A stretch of 64,000 nucleotides of DNA from Macrostomum lignano (lineage: Eukaryota). The position numbers were made by a program, and so were the translations under genes. Shown one piece after another: positions 10,942 to 21,622 of the stretch. Where the stretch lies: positions 62,001 to 126,000 of the forward strand of contig NIVC01002959.1 of the NCBI GenBank assembly GCA_002269645.1. Direction: 5' to 3'. Position 1 is the first letter of the stretch. Each line of letters starts with the position of its first letter. Under the pieces are notes generated by a model that was not told where the DNA came from, did not search any database, and saw nothing but the letters and a program-made list of their open reading frames with translations.

Positions 10942-11577
10942 AGGGCAAGGCGATTCAGAAGGGCGACTCTGTCTTGCTGTACTATCCGTGCTTGGAGATG
11001 GGAGAGAAAAGCAAATTCCATATCAACTGGCGCAGTGAAGAGAAGCTGTCAGATGCGTGGTGCACTTCAACAATCTCCGGCCGGTTCAGGTTCAGACGGA
11101 GGCGGCAGACGGTCAAGAGACAAGAGAGGAAATTGGGAGGGCCAGTTCGAGAAAAACCAGACCGCGACGCGGTAACTCCGCTGCTGGACGAAGCCGAAGG
11201 CAGAGAGTGCAACGGGGCGAGACCCAGAGGTGGACCGCAGCGCGAGGGCCGCAGGACCCGGAATCCGAGCAGGAAGATGAAGAGTTTGAAGATCTTCAGC
11301 TGCGGTTTCAAGATCCAAGAGATCACGCTCCGCCGGACACCCGAAATCTGGCCGAGACCGTGAGCCCGGACCTGAGCGTCCAGAAGCAGACGATGACGAA
11401 GAAGAGCACTTTGATGAGGCGCGGTACGACGAGGAGCAAAACGAAGAGGATGAGGCAGAGCCGAACGACGCCAACGTACCCGAGCAGGAAGTGAGGACGG
11501 CACAGGAGGAAGCAGGGCGACCAAGACGTCTGCGGCGACCGCCAGATCGGTTTGGGGTCCCGGTGTACCACTACTGA
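10926..11577 (+). pseudogene. Frameshifted C-terminal tail of integrase/pol
   Basis: Reading across three -1 shifts gives QKMNYDRKVKGKAIQKGDSVLLYYP...KFHINW...VVHFNNLRP...acidic tract...RPRRLRRPPDRFGVPVYHY-stop (TGA 11575-11577). These are typical gypsy integrase-tail motifs. Confidence 0.75.
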
Positions 11578-11676
11578 AGAAGGGTCCGGTGTACGGCGCT
11601 TGGATAGCCAAGGGGGAAGGGAGGTTCATGTCGTGCGTGTCTCATTGCTCATCGGAGTTAGGCCGGACTGTTACAG

Positions 11677-11970
11677 ATGGCGGACCTCTACGAGTGTCTT
11701 GGAGTGCAGCTGTGGGCGTCTGCGGCACAGATTCGGAAAGCGTTCTACGGTCGAGCACGCGAACTGCACCCTGACAAGAGCGCAACAGAGGAGACGCGGA
11801 AGAGATTCCAGGAGTGCGAAGAGGCGTACCGAATACTGTCGTGTCCGTTCCTTAGAAAGCTGTACGATATCTTTGGAAATGCTGTTCGTGACCGGGATGA
11901 GATGCTTCGGCTCGCAGAAGGAATGTTAGAGGATGACGACATGCCCGAAGAGATCTCCGAGAAGAGATAG
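11677..11970 (+). CDS. ORF3 part 1: J-domain (DnaJ/Hsp40-type) with intact HPD motif
   Basis: DLYECLGV...ASAAQIRKAF...ARELHPDK...RFQECEEAYRILSCP..RKLYDIFG matches the J-domain consensus over its whole length. HPD at 11767-11775. Confidence 0.9.
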   Translation: MADLYECLGVQLWASAAQIRKAFYGRARELHPDKSATEETRKRFQECEEAYRILSCPFLRKLYDIFGNAVRDRDEMLRLAEGMLEDDDMPEEISEKR

Positions 11971-12662
11971 AAAGACTAGAGAGCGACCGATTAGCTGAGG
12001 AGGCGTACGAGAGAGAACAGGCGAGGAGGGATGAGGAGCACGTCAAGATGGAGGCAAGTGAGGAGGCCTCAGACGATGAGCAGGACGAAGAGATGAACGA
12101 GGCGAGTGAGACACTGCCGGAGGAGTACGAGGTCGAGAAGGTCTTAGGAGTACGAGTCACGGAGCGAGGAGCGGAGTATCTGCTGCAGTGGGCCGGTGTA
12201 GAGGAGCTTGAGACGTCATGGGAAGCGGAGGAAGATTGTGCCGGATGTAGAAACCTGATTGAAGAATACCTGCAGAGAGCGTACCGGCTTCAGACAAGAC
12301 CGTGCCGACCAGTGACCGTCGCGGAACTCGAGAACGTAGGACCCAGTCGGAAGAAACTGCATCAGGCAATGCGGAAGGGCGACTCGTGGGGCATCTTTGA
12401 GGTGCTGCTAGCCCTGAAGGGGAAGTGCGCCACTGCCTTGGTGGATTTCAAGGAATTCGGTCCGGAGTTGATGCTGCAGATCCTGGGCTACTTGGAGCGA
12501 GACGGTCGCAAGTATCCGGGGCACGGAGTTCGTCGGTGGAGTCGCCAAGCGTGTCAAGCTGTCTACATGTCGGTGATGGTGGTGTTCCCGCTGTTCGACC
12601 TGCGACGCCAGGGTTTGGTCCTGGGTGCCCTCCGTAGGCTGTGGGATTCGTGCTCTGACTGA
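11952..12662 (+). CDS. ORF3 part 2: charged/acidic linker, HP1-like chromodomain, C-terminal helical domain; probably continuous with the J-domain
   Basis: Frame is open from 11937 and overlaps the J ORF. EEYEVEKVL.VR....GAEYLLQWAG.EE.E.SWEAEEDC.GC..LIEEY (about 12120-12278) aligns with CBX/HP1 chromodomains. One extra G at 11952 fuses both parts into a 328-aa ORF. Confidence 0.85.
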   Translation, partial: DLREEIERLESDRLAEEAYEREQARRDEEHVKMEASEEASDDEQDEEMNEASETLPEEYEVEKVLGVRVTERGAEYLLQWAGVEELETSWEAEEDCAGCRNLIEEYLQRAYRLQTRPCRPVTVAELENVGPSRKKLHQAMRKGDSWGIFEVLLALKGKCATALVDFKEFGPELMLQILGYLERDGRKYPGHGVRRWSRQACQAVYMSVMVVFPLFDLRRQGLVLGALRRLWDSCSD

Positions 12663-13224
12663 GGCTATGTCTTCCTAGGGACTTTGGGGCTAGGGACTTT
12701 GCAGTGCAGACCCAGGGACAGCGGAGCGGAGGTGGACCGGCCTTAACGGGTGCTGACGGAGCGACACGGCTGTGCAGCAACCGCAGGACTCGACGACCAG
12801 CGCAGAGCGACCAGAGCAACCGGCGACAGTAGCGACAGGGAGACGAGGCACCAGAGCGACGGCCGTACTCGGCGGGATGCAGGGAAGCAGTGCTAGTATT
12901 ACTTGTGAGAGTAAATGTTTGACGGTTTCATTTTTTTGTTTTTTTGTTAACATTTAGCGTTTTTTTCGAACTTCAGCGTTTTTGTTAAAGTGAGTTTTTC
13001 CCAAAATTTGCGTTTTGCTTCCCAATGATGCGTACTCACTATCCTATGTTGAAGGTTTCTTCGTCATTTTTAAACGGTATAATCACTGCGGTTTTGTTTT
13101 TTGTTCGAACTAGTTGCCATGCGAGTCCAAAATATTTTTCAAATGCGGTTTGTTCCTCTGTTCAATTTTTTTGTTATAGTAGCATCATTTCAATATTCGA
13201 CTTTTCGAACTCGAACTTTTGTCT

Positions 13225-13236
13225 AGGGGGAGGGAG
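13225..13236 (+). other. Polypurine tract AGGGGGAGGGAG
   Basis: Purine run directly abutting the 3' LTR. Confidence 0.9.
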
Positions 13237-14070
13237 TGTCATGAATGTGTTATGACAGTGTGCTCTTTGCTAAGTTGCTGCACCGGGCCAGTGGGCCGTC
13301 CTCTCCCCCTCCCCCTCCTTAGATATTTTCTGACTCACCCACCTGCACTTCTGCGCGTGCGTACCCCTCCCCTCCCTGCCTAGACCTTTTCTGTTGAGTC
13401 AACCCCCCATGCTCTGCGTGCGACCCCCCCCCTGTGCGACCCCGCCCCATTATTTTGTTAGCTTTGCTGCCCCGCCCCTGTTTGTGATTGGCTGCCAGTC
13501 CCAGTCTGCCGTGCTGCGCCCCGGCGATTGGCTGGTACAGCTCATGCGTTGCCTTGGCTGATGTCTAAGCCCCCTTTTCTGCCTTTATCCCGCGCCCTCA
13601 ACCCCCAGTTTGCTGCCTATTTATTCAGAGCCCCGTGAGACCCCATTCTCGTTGTCTTCGTGGCTCCTCGGCGATTGTGCCAGCGTTGGTTGCGGAATTG
13701 CTATTCCTCGCCGAATTGCTAGACAAATATATAAGTAAAGAATATCGAGATCACCACTGCTCTGACGGCGCTGTTTCTTGTACGACTGAAATCGCGGCTG
13801 GTAAGCCTTCCAATTTGCACGTCATTTGGGTCTGCATCTGTACTAGGCACCTTAGAGGGATTAACTGCGTCGTACGCCGGTCCCACCCCAAGCAGCTCTG
13901 CGTCGTACGCAAGTCGGTAGGCTGTCGTGCGTCGTACGCTCGAACAGCCTAGTCCCGACGGACACCGCGTCGTACGCGTGTCAGTGGAGGACCGTAGCCA
14001 GGGTCAGTACACGAACCCGAGTCTGGGAAAGGGGCACGAAAGGACCGAGCCCTTGAGCCCCATCATCACA
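13237..14070 (+). repeat. 3' LTR (834 bp)
   Basis: The only difference from the 5' LTR that I found is one C in a homopolymer (C6 near 5502-5507 vs C5 near 13311-13315). Confidence 0.96.
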
Positions 14071-15294
14071 AATGACTGAATATATATCTATATTTTTTTA
14101 ACATCCTCTTCTCCATCACACTGGGATGATAATTATGATTGCAAAAGTGAAAGTGATAAATGCGCAGTCACGACAAACCGTTAATTGCATTGTTGCTCAA
14201 AGCTTCTCGGGCTGCGTCATGCGAGTCGCTAGTGCAGGTCCCACCTCACCTGAGCACAGGATGCGGGGCGCATGCACCAGGATTTTTCAGGCGGGATCCC
14301 GCTAGATGTCCTGATTTGCATGCAGACTCATGCGCCACAGCCACTTGGCCCCATATTATAGATGTTCGTGCTTATTTACCTAATGCAACGGGTACAGCCC
14401 AGTGTGTACCTCCTGGCGAATTTTGTGACTAACATCTATAGTATGCCCTGCTCACAGAACCAAATCCCAAGGTATTAGTGACACCTGGACCTATCGTTAC
14501 AATCAATCAAAACACACAAGATTTCCTTAATTATAGAAAAAGTGTCAACGCTCAAGCGTCAACTGAGATTTTGATGATTTCAATATCTATGCAGACTCCT
14601 TGGCCTTGCCGACAAAGCATCATTGGGAGTTCGAATACCTGGACAGACGGGTACTGAGGCAAAACACCGCGAATCCCCACAAGTTTTATGGGGCTCCCTG
14701 CGCAATGCGGCCAGCCCAAAATGTCAAACTGCTTCCCCGTCTCTAAGGAGCTCTGCTCCCAAGCAGACGCTCGAATCAAATCAAGGAGAAACGGCCGCCG
14801 TCCACGGCCACGTGTCGCCTCTCGGACTCGACCCCGACTCGTCCGTCAAGAGCTGAGGAAATTTATCGAGAATTGAATAGAAATGCCTGCGTTATGATTA
14901 TTATTATTGGGTGCTTGATGGGGAACTCCTGACTGAGATTTACGACCTGTTCCTGAGCTCTGTTTCTCAGCGTTGGCAATGCCGTCCTTCATTAAGGCTC
15001 CCCCTGCGTCCGGCACTGCACCACATCAACCCAACTGCTTTTTTGGTTTTGGCGCCAGCGGGATCTTATTGGAGTCGAGGAGGCTGCAGTTGAGCAATGA
15101 GGTGTGTAGGTTGTTGCCAGGCGGATGCCAGGTTGACTGAAGGCCGTTCGCTGGAATGAAAGAGAGGTTGAAGCGGCAGCTTTTGACGCTTGAGAGTAAA
15201 GTGACTGCCTTCTGGCCGGATCAGGGCAATATGGGGACCCAGGGGAGATTGATAGATCAGAGTTGAGATCGCCAGGTGCTGCTGGTGAGGCACC

Positions 15295-15626
<332 letters not shown>

Positions 15627-16458
15627 AATTGCCTTTCTACCTTCCAATTGGATGCATAGATCTAGTTAAGCAAGTCGGGCATAAACTGTCTATTTCAGAA
15701 GCCCAAAGCAAGGCTCTGTCTCAGACAAAAGGCCTGCCTATGCAGGACCGACCCCAGCAAATTAAGTTTGGCCGTCCCTCAAGTTTCGACCTCCATCCAA
15801 AGGAAGAAGTTTTTGGCAATAATAATCAAAAGAGTTCGCCAGCAAGTCATGTGTTAAGCGATGTCCCTTCCTTCTCTTCTCTGTCTGTCTCTGCTCCATC
15901 TCCTAAATGAGGCAGAGAAGCTGCAGTTTGGCAATTTGTTTAAATCAGCCAAGTCAAGTGGCTGGGAGGGTCACCCAGAGCCACAAGCCAAATATGGGTG
16001 GGGCTTTCGAGAGCTGCCCAACTTCAAGTGCTGGTTGGGTGTTTGGGGAGGAGTGACGAGCCTCGGTCATCTTTAATCCCCTGGACATTTCCTCATGGCT
16101 TGATTCTAGGAAATTTTCCTTTCAATTATTTTATTTTTCTCTCTCTCGGAGGAGCCCGCAATTCCGTCCGTGCCGCGGAAGACAGGATGTTCGCTGCTCA
16201 GCTACAGCTCAAAATTGCCGGCACCAGAAATTGGTTTCAAAAATTTTATCAAATAAATAAAAAAAAATTTTCTCGTTTTCTTTTCTCGCTCATCCTTATC
16301 TCGGCTGGTGCAGGCGGTGAGAATGCAAATTTGTGTTTCTTTAACATTGCCTGCTGCATCAGGTTTGAGGCCTCTGCTTTTATTATTAGCTGAATACGAC
16401 TGGGAGAAGCAGAGATGAGCAGAGCTCTTCTGCATCGTTTGTGTGTGTGTTTTTGGAG

Positions 16459-16922
16459 CTTAATGAGGCGCTTTATGAGAGGCGCTTAATAAAGGGCGCT
16501 TAATGAAGGGTGCTTAATGAGGGGCGCTTTATGTGAGGCGCTTAACGAGAGGCGCTTAATGAAGGGCGCTTAATGAGAGGCGCTTGTTAAAGAGCGCTTG
16601 ATGAGGGGCGCTTAATGAGGGGCGCTTAATGAGGGGCGCTTAATGAGGGGCGCTTAATGAGGGGCGCTTAATGAGGGGCGCTTAATGAGGGGCGCTTAAT
16701 GAGGGGCGCTTAATGAGGGGCGCTTAATGAGGGGCGCTTAATGAGGGGCGCTTAATGAGGGGCGCTTAATGAGGGGCAGTTAATGAGGGGCGCTTGTTAA
16801 AGAGCGCTTGATGAGGGGCGCTTGCTGAAGAACGCTTGATGAAGAGTGCTCGATGAGGGGCGCTTAATAAGGGGCGCTTAATGAGAGGCGCTTAATGAGA
16901 TTCGCTTAATGAGAGGCGCTTA
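16459..16922. repeat. 14-bp minisatellite (GAGGGGCGCTTAAT)n
   Basis: Tandem units, perfect in the centre and degenerate at the edges. Confidence 0.93.
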
Positions 16923-17542
16923 CTTTTCGGTCGCCGCATCCCAGGGTGTTGCTTTGACTAACAAGTGGCGATTCTAGAAGGGAGGACAAGTGGCGTAAGG
17001 TTTTCTAGTTTGTGCATTTTCATTTTGCTTTATCTAGGGAGCAATGCCTCCTATAACTGGAAGCATGCAGGGTGTATTTAGCATTTGCCAGTTAATTCAC
17101 TAATGCAGCGAATGTGCATGCAGTTGCTATTTATTTTAGCCACTCAGCGTGAGTAGTACATGCATGTCGTTTCTGCCGGGAAGGCGCGCTTATAGACAGC
17201 TTTACTCACTCTCGAGCTCCGCCCCACCTCAAGTGCCGCTGATCCAGCAGCGGTCTGCTCAAATGATGGCTACTCATAATTCTGCCCATCTGCTAGCCTA
17301 TGGCTGAGAAGAGAGATGGAAGAAGGCAGTGGGCTGCTGACAGGCAAATCCCGACTCCCACTCCGCATCAGCTTTTAGAGAAGCATCTCTATCCGAATTT
17401 TCTGGCTAGATGCAGCAAATCCACTGATTAAGCAATGGAATTTTTATCGAATCCCAGCTAAAATATGAAATTATGGGATTACCAGGGTATAGCTGGTCTG
17501 TTGAAATTGGCGTTAGCATCCCCAGCCAGTTTCCCTAGTGCC

Positions 17543-20024
17543 ATTTCTAGGAAACTATTCTTGGTTTCTAGGAAACTGTTTCCTGAGGGAAATTTCTAGG
17601 AAACTGTTTCCTGAGGGACATTTCTAGGAAACTGTTTCCTGAGGGAAATTTCTAGGAAACGGTTTCCTGAGGAATACTTCTAGGAAACTGTTTCCTGAGA
17701 GACATTTCTAGGAAACTGTTCTTGGTTTCCAGGAAACTGTTTCCTGAGGGACATTTCTAGGAAGCTGTTCTTGCTTTCTAGGAAACTGTTTCATGAGGGA
17801 CATTCCTAGGAAACGGTTTCCTGAGGGATACTTCTAGGAAACTCTTTCCTGAGAGACATTTCTAGGAAACTCTTTTCTGAGGGACATTTCTAGGAAAATT
17901 TTCCCTGAGGGCCATTTCTTAGAAACAGTTTTTGGTTTCTAGGAAACTCTTTCCTGAGGGCCATTTCTTAGAAACAGTTTTTGGTTTCTAGGAAACTCTT
18001 TCCTGAGGGCCATTTCTTAGAAACAGTTTTTGGTTTCTAGGAAACTGTTTCCAGAAAGGTAATTTTTGTGAACTGTTTATTGGTTTTAGGAAAATATTTG
18101 CTGGTTCTTAGGAAACTATTGTCTATTTTCTAGGAAACTGTTTCTCGATTTCTAGGAAACTGTTTCTTGGTTTCTAGTGAAATTTTTTTAGCTTCTAAGA
18201 AACTGTTTTACTTTTTAGGAAACTGTTTCTTTTTTTCTTGAAAGTGTTTCTTTATTTCTAAAAAAGTGTTTCTTGGTTTCTAGGAAACTGTGCCTCGGTT
18301 TCAGGGAAACTGTTTCTTTGTTTCTTGTAGCTGTTTTGTGTTTTCTAAGAAACTATTTATTGGTTTCTAGGAAACTGTTTCTAGGTTTCTAGTATTCTAG
18401 GTAATTGTTTCTTGGTTTCAAGGAAACTGTTTCTTGGTTTCTTGGAAACTGCTTCTTAGTTTCTAGGAAACTGTTTCTTGATTTCTAGGAAATGGTTTCT
18501 TGGTTTCTAGGAAACTGTTTCCTCAGTGATATTTATAGGAAACTTATTCTTGGTTTCTTGGAAACTAAAGTTCCTGCAGTTGAATTGTGTTGCTTCGTGC
18601 GCCCAAATATCATGAGAGTGAGCATACCCCTTAATTGTATCTTCAAAATCAGCTCCCCAAACCGCCTATAAGCAAAACTGTAAGACAGCAGTCTGAACTT
18701 GTTAATACTCAGTAAATCCAGCTTGAGCTCCACTTCCAGACCACAGCCAGGCCCAGAGACCATAAAACAAACAGAGCTCAAGGAGCTGCAGCCATCATAG
18801 GAGATCTGGTAGTTCAGAATTAACTGTTGCTCTAGCGTCATAAAAACAAGTCTGAAACAGTTTCACCCAAGCCTGATCCTCAAGGATTATCTCTCCAGCA
18901 CAGACGGGGAGCAAACAGCAAAAATGATTGAACTCATATCTGCTCAAATTTTGGAAGAATTATCATTATTCTTCTTGAGGCAGAAATATTATATGGCCTC
19001 TGTAAAATTTTACAACTGGCTGTCTGGCTTGCACACTCCTGCCAATTCCTGGCACACTCCTGTAAATTTATAGAGAGTCTGGGCATTCTGTTCAGAATCC
19101 ATCTTCATCGTTGCAGACGAAATATTGGGGGAGGGTTAGTATCGAAACTCAGTACCACATCTGTTGCTATTGTTCATAATTTTCCAATGCTCCGCGGTTA
19201 GGGGGTACAATTTTCTAGAAAGCACAAAGCCGTTTCCTAGAAACCAAGCAACCGTTTCCTAGAAATCAAGAAACTGTTTCGTAAAAACCAAGAAGCTGTT
19301 TCGTAGAAATAATAAAACCGTTTCCTAGAAACCAAGAAACCGTTTCCTAGAAACCAAGAAACCTTTTCCTAGAAATCAAGAAACTGTTTCGTAAAAACCA
19401 AGAAGCTGTTTCGTAGAAATAATAAAACCGTTTCCTAGAAACCAAGAAACCGTTTCCTAGAAACCAAGAAGCCGTTTCCTATAAATCAAGAAACCGTTTC
19501 CTAGAAATCAAGCAACCACTCATTAGAAATCAAGAAACCGTTTCCTAGAAACCAAGAAACCGTTTCCTAGAAACCAAGAAACCGTTTCCTAGAAACCAAG
19601 AAACCGTCTCCTAAAAACCTAGAATCCGTTTCCTAGAAACCAAGAAACTGTTTCCTAAAAACCTAAAAACCGTTTCCTAGAAACCAAGAAACCGTTTCAT
19701 AGAAACCAAGGAACCGTTTCCTAGAAACCAAGAAACCGTCTCCTAAAAACCTAGAATCCGTTTCCTAGAAACCAAGAAACTGTTTCCTAAAAACCTAAAA
19801 ACCGTTTCCTAGAAACCAAGAAACCGTTTCATAGAAACCAAGGAACCGTTTCCTAGAAACCAAGAAACCGTTTCCTAAGAAACCAAAAAAACCGTTTCCT
19901 AGAAACCAAGAAACTGTTTCCTAAAAACCTAGAAACCGTTTCCTAGAAACCAAGAAATCGTTTCCTAGAAACCAAGAAACTGTTTCCTAGAAACCTAGAA
20001 ACCGTTTCCTAGAAACTATGAAAC
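17543..20024. repeat. Inverted pair of about 22-bp satellite arrays (TTTCTAGGAAACTGTTTCTTGG)n around a unique spacer; foldback-like
   Basis: Left arm about 17543-18566. Right arm about 19211-20024, built of the reverse-complement unit CCAAGAAACCGTTTCCTAGAAA. Spacer about 645 bp. Confidence 0.85.
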
Positions 20025-20553
20025 ATTTTCCAATAAGCCAAGCACTTTTTTAACGTGATAAATAGCGCTTGCTTCTTATTGAATTTAGAAATCCTTGCCG
20101 TATGCTCCATCTATATTGAGACACAATAAAAACTGAGTCGAGCCTCAGAACCCTGCTGAGTTAATTATCATATTCTCACACTCGGTAATGATTTCGGCAA
20201 TAAAAAAACCTCCGGCTGACCTTCTGCCCGACTGTCTCCGAAAACTCGGACAAATTTTTGTGTAAAAAAATATAACTTAGCAAAATATGTGTATATTTAT
20301 TTTTTTCTGCGAAGCTCCATAAGACTTAAAGACCCAAGGGACTCATGGACTCATGGACTTCTCTGAGAGACCTGGAATGGAAAGCCAGGGAAATGATACC
20401 CTCAGAAGAGAGACGGAACATGTGGACAGGGGCGTCGCCTCCGAGGGGGGGGGACATGCCCCCCCCCCTCAGTTAAAGCTATGGGGGCATGCCAAATGCT
20501 TTGTCCCCCCAACTTTGTGACCCGTTATGGAAATCAATAATTTTGCTCCAGGG

Positions 20554-21622
20554 TGAGTGCCTGCCTGCGGCGCCAAAATGAGTGCCTGCCTGCGGCGCCA
20601 AAATGAGTGCCTGCCTGCGGCGCCAAAATGAGTGCCTGCCTGCGGCGCCAAAATGATTGCCTGCCTGCGGCGCCAAAATGAGTGCCTGCGGCGCCAAAAT
20701 GAGTACCTGCCTGCGGCGCCAAGATGAGTGCCTGCGGTGCCTAAATGAGTCCCTGCGGCGCCAAAATGAGTGCCTGCGGCGCCAAAATGAGTGCCTGCGG
20801 CGCCAAAATGAGTGCCTGCGGCGCCAAAATGAGTGCCTGCGGCGCCAAAATGAGTGCCTGCGGCGCCAAAATGAGTGCCTGCGGCGCCAAAATGAGTGCC
20901 TGCCTGCGGCGCCAAAATGAGTGCCTGCGACGCCAAAATGAGTGCCTATGGCGCCAAAAGAGTGCCTGCGACGCCAAAATGAGTGCCTATGGCGCCAAAA
21001 TAAGTGCCATGGCGCCAAGATGAGTGCCTACGGCGCCAAAATGAGTGCCTGCGGCGCCAAAAGAGTGCCTGCGGCGCCAAAAGAGTGCCTACGGCGCCAA
21101 AATGAGTGCCTGCGGCGCCAAAAGAGTGCCTGCGGCGCCTAAATGAGTGCCTGCGGCGCCAAGATGAGTGCCTGCGGCGCCAAAAGAGTGCCTGCGGCGC
21201 CAAAAGAGTGCCTACGGCGCCAAAATGAGTGCCTGCGGCGCCAAAAGAGTGCCTGCGGCGCCTAAATGAGTGCCTGCGGCGCCAAGATGAGTGCCTGCGG
21301 TGCCTAAATGAGTGCCTGCGGCGCCAAAAGAGTGCCTGCGGCGCCTAAATGAGTGCCTGCGGCGCCAAGATGAGTGCCTGCGGCGCCAAAAGAGTGCCTG
21401 CGGCGCCAAGACGAGTGCCTATGGCGCCAAAAGAGTGCCTATGGCGCCAAAAGAGTGCCTGCGGCGCCAAAATGAGTGCCTATGGCGCCAAAAGAGTGCC
21501 TGCGGCGCCAAAATGAGTGCCTATGGCGCCAAAATAAGTGCCATGGCGCTAAGATGAGTGCCTGCGGCGCCAAAATGAGTGCCTATGGCGCCAAAATGAG
21601 TGCCTGCGGTGCCTAAATGAGT
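20554..21622. repeat. 21/25-bp GC-rich minisatellite (GAGTGCCTGCGGCGCCAAAAT)n
   Basis: Tandem units, some with an extra GCCT. Related array at 54392-54862. Confidence 0.93.

Larger units (their letters stand above)
5428..14070 (+). mobile_element. Full-length Ty3/gypsy LTR retrotransposon with an extra ORF
   Basis: Two direct LTRs with TG...CA ends. 4-bp TSD AATG at 5424-5427 and 14071-14074. PBS, gag, pol in PR-RT-RH-IN order, PPT. Confidence 0.97.

Noticed and set aside
11937-11970. Programmed -1 frameshift joining the J-domain and chromodomain ORFs
   Set aside because: No slippery heptamer in the overlap; a single missing G explains it and matches three similar nearby lesions.
14400-15290. 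Possible decayed LINE ORF2 (DFN-like and NP-KFY-like words)
   Set aside because: Motifs are too short, frames are broken and no RT or endonuclease core is recognisable.
18567-19210. Transposase or other coding remnant in the foldback spacer
   Set aside because: The 102-aa minus-strand ORF and other frames show no motif I recognise.
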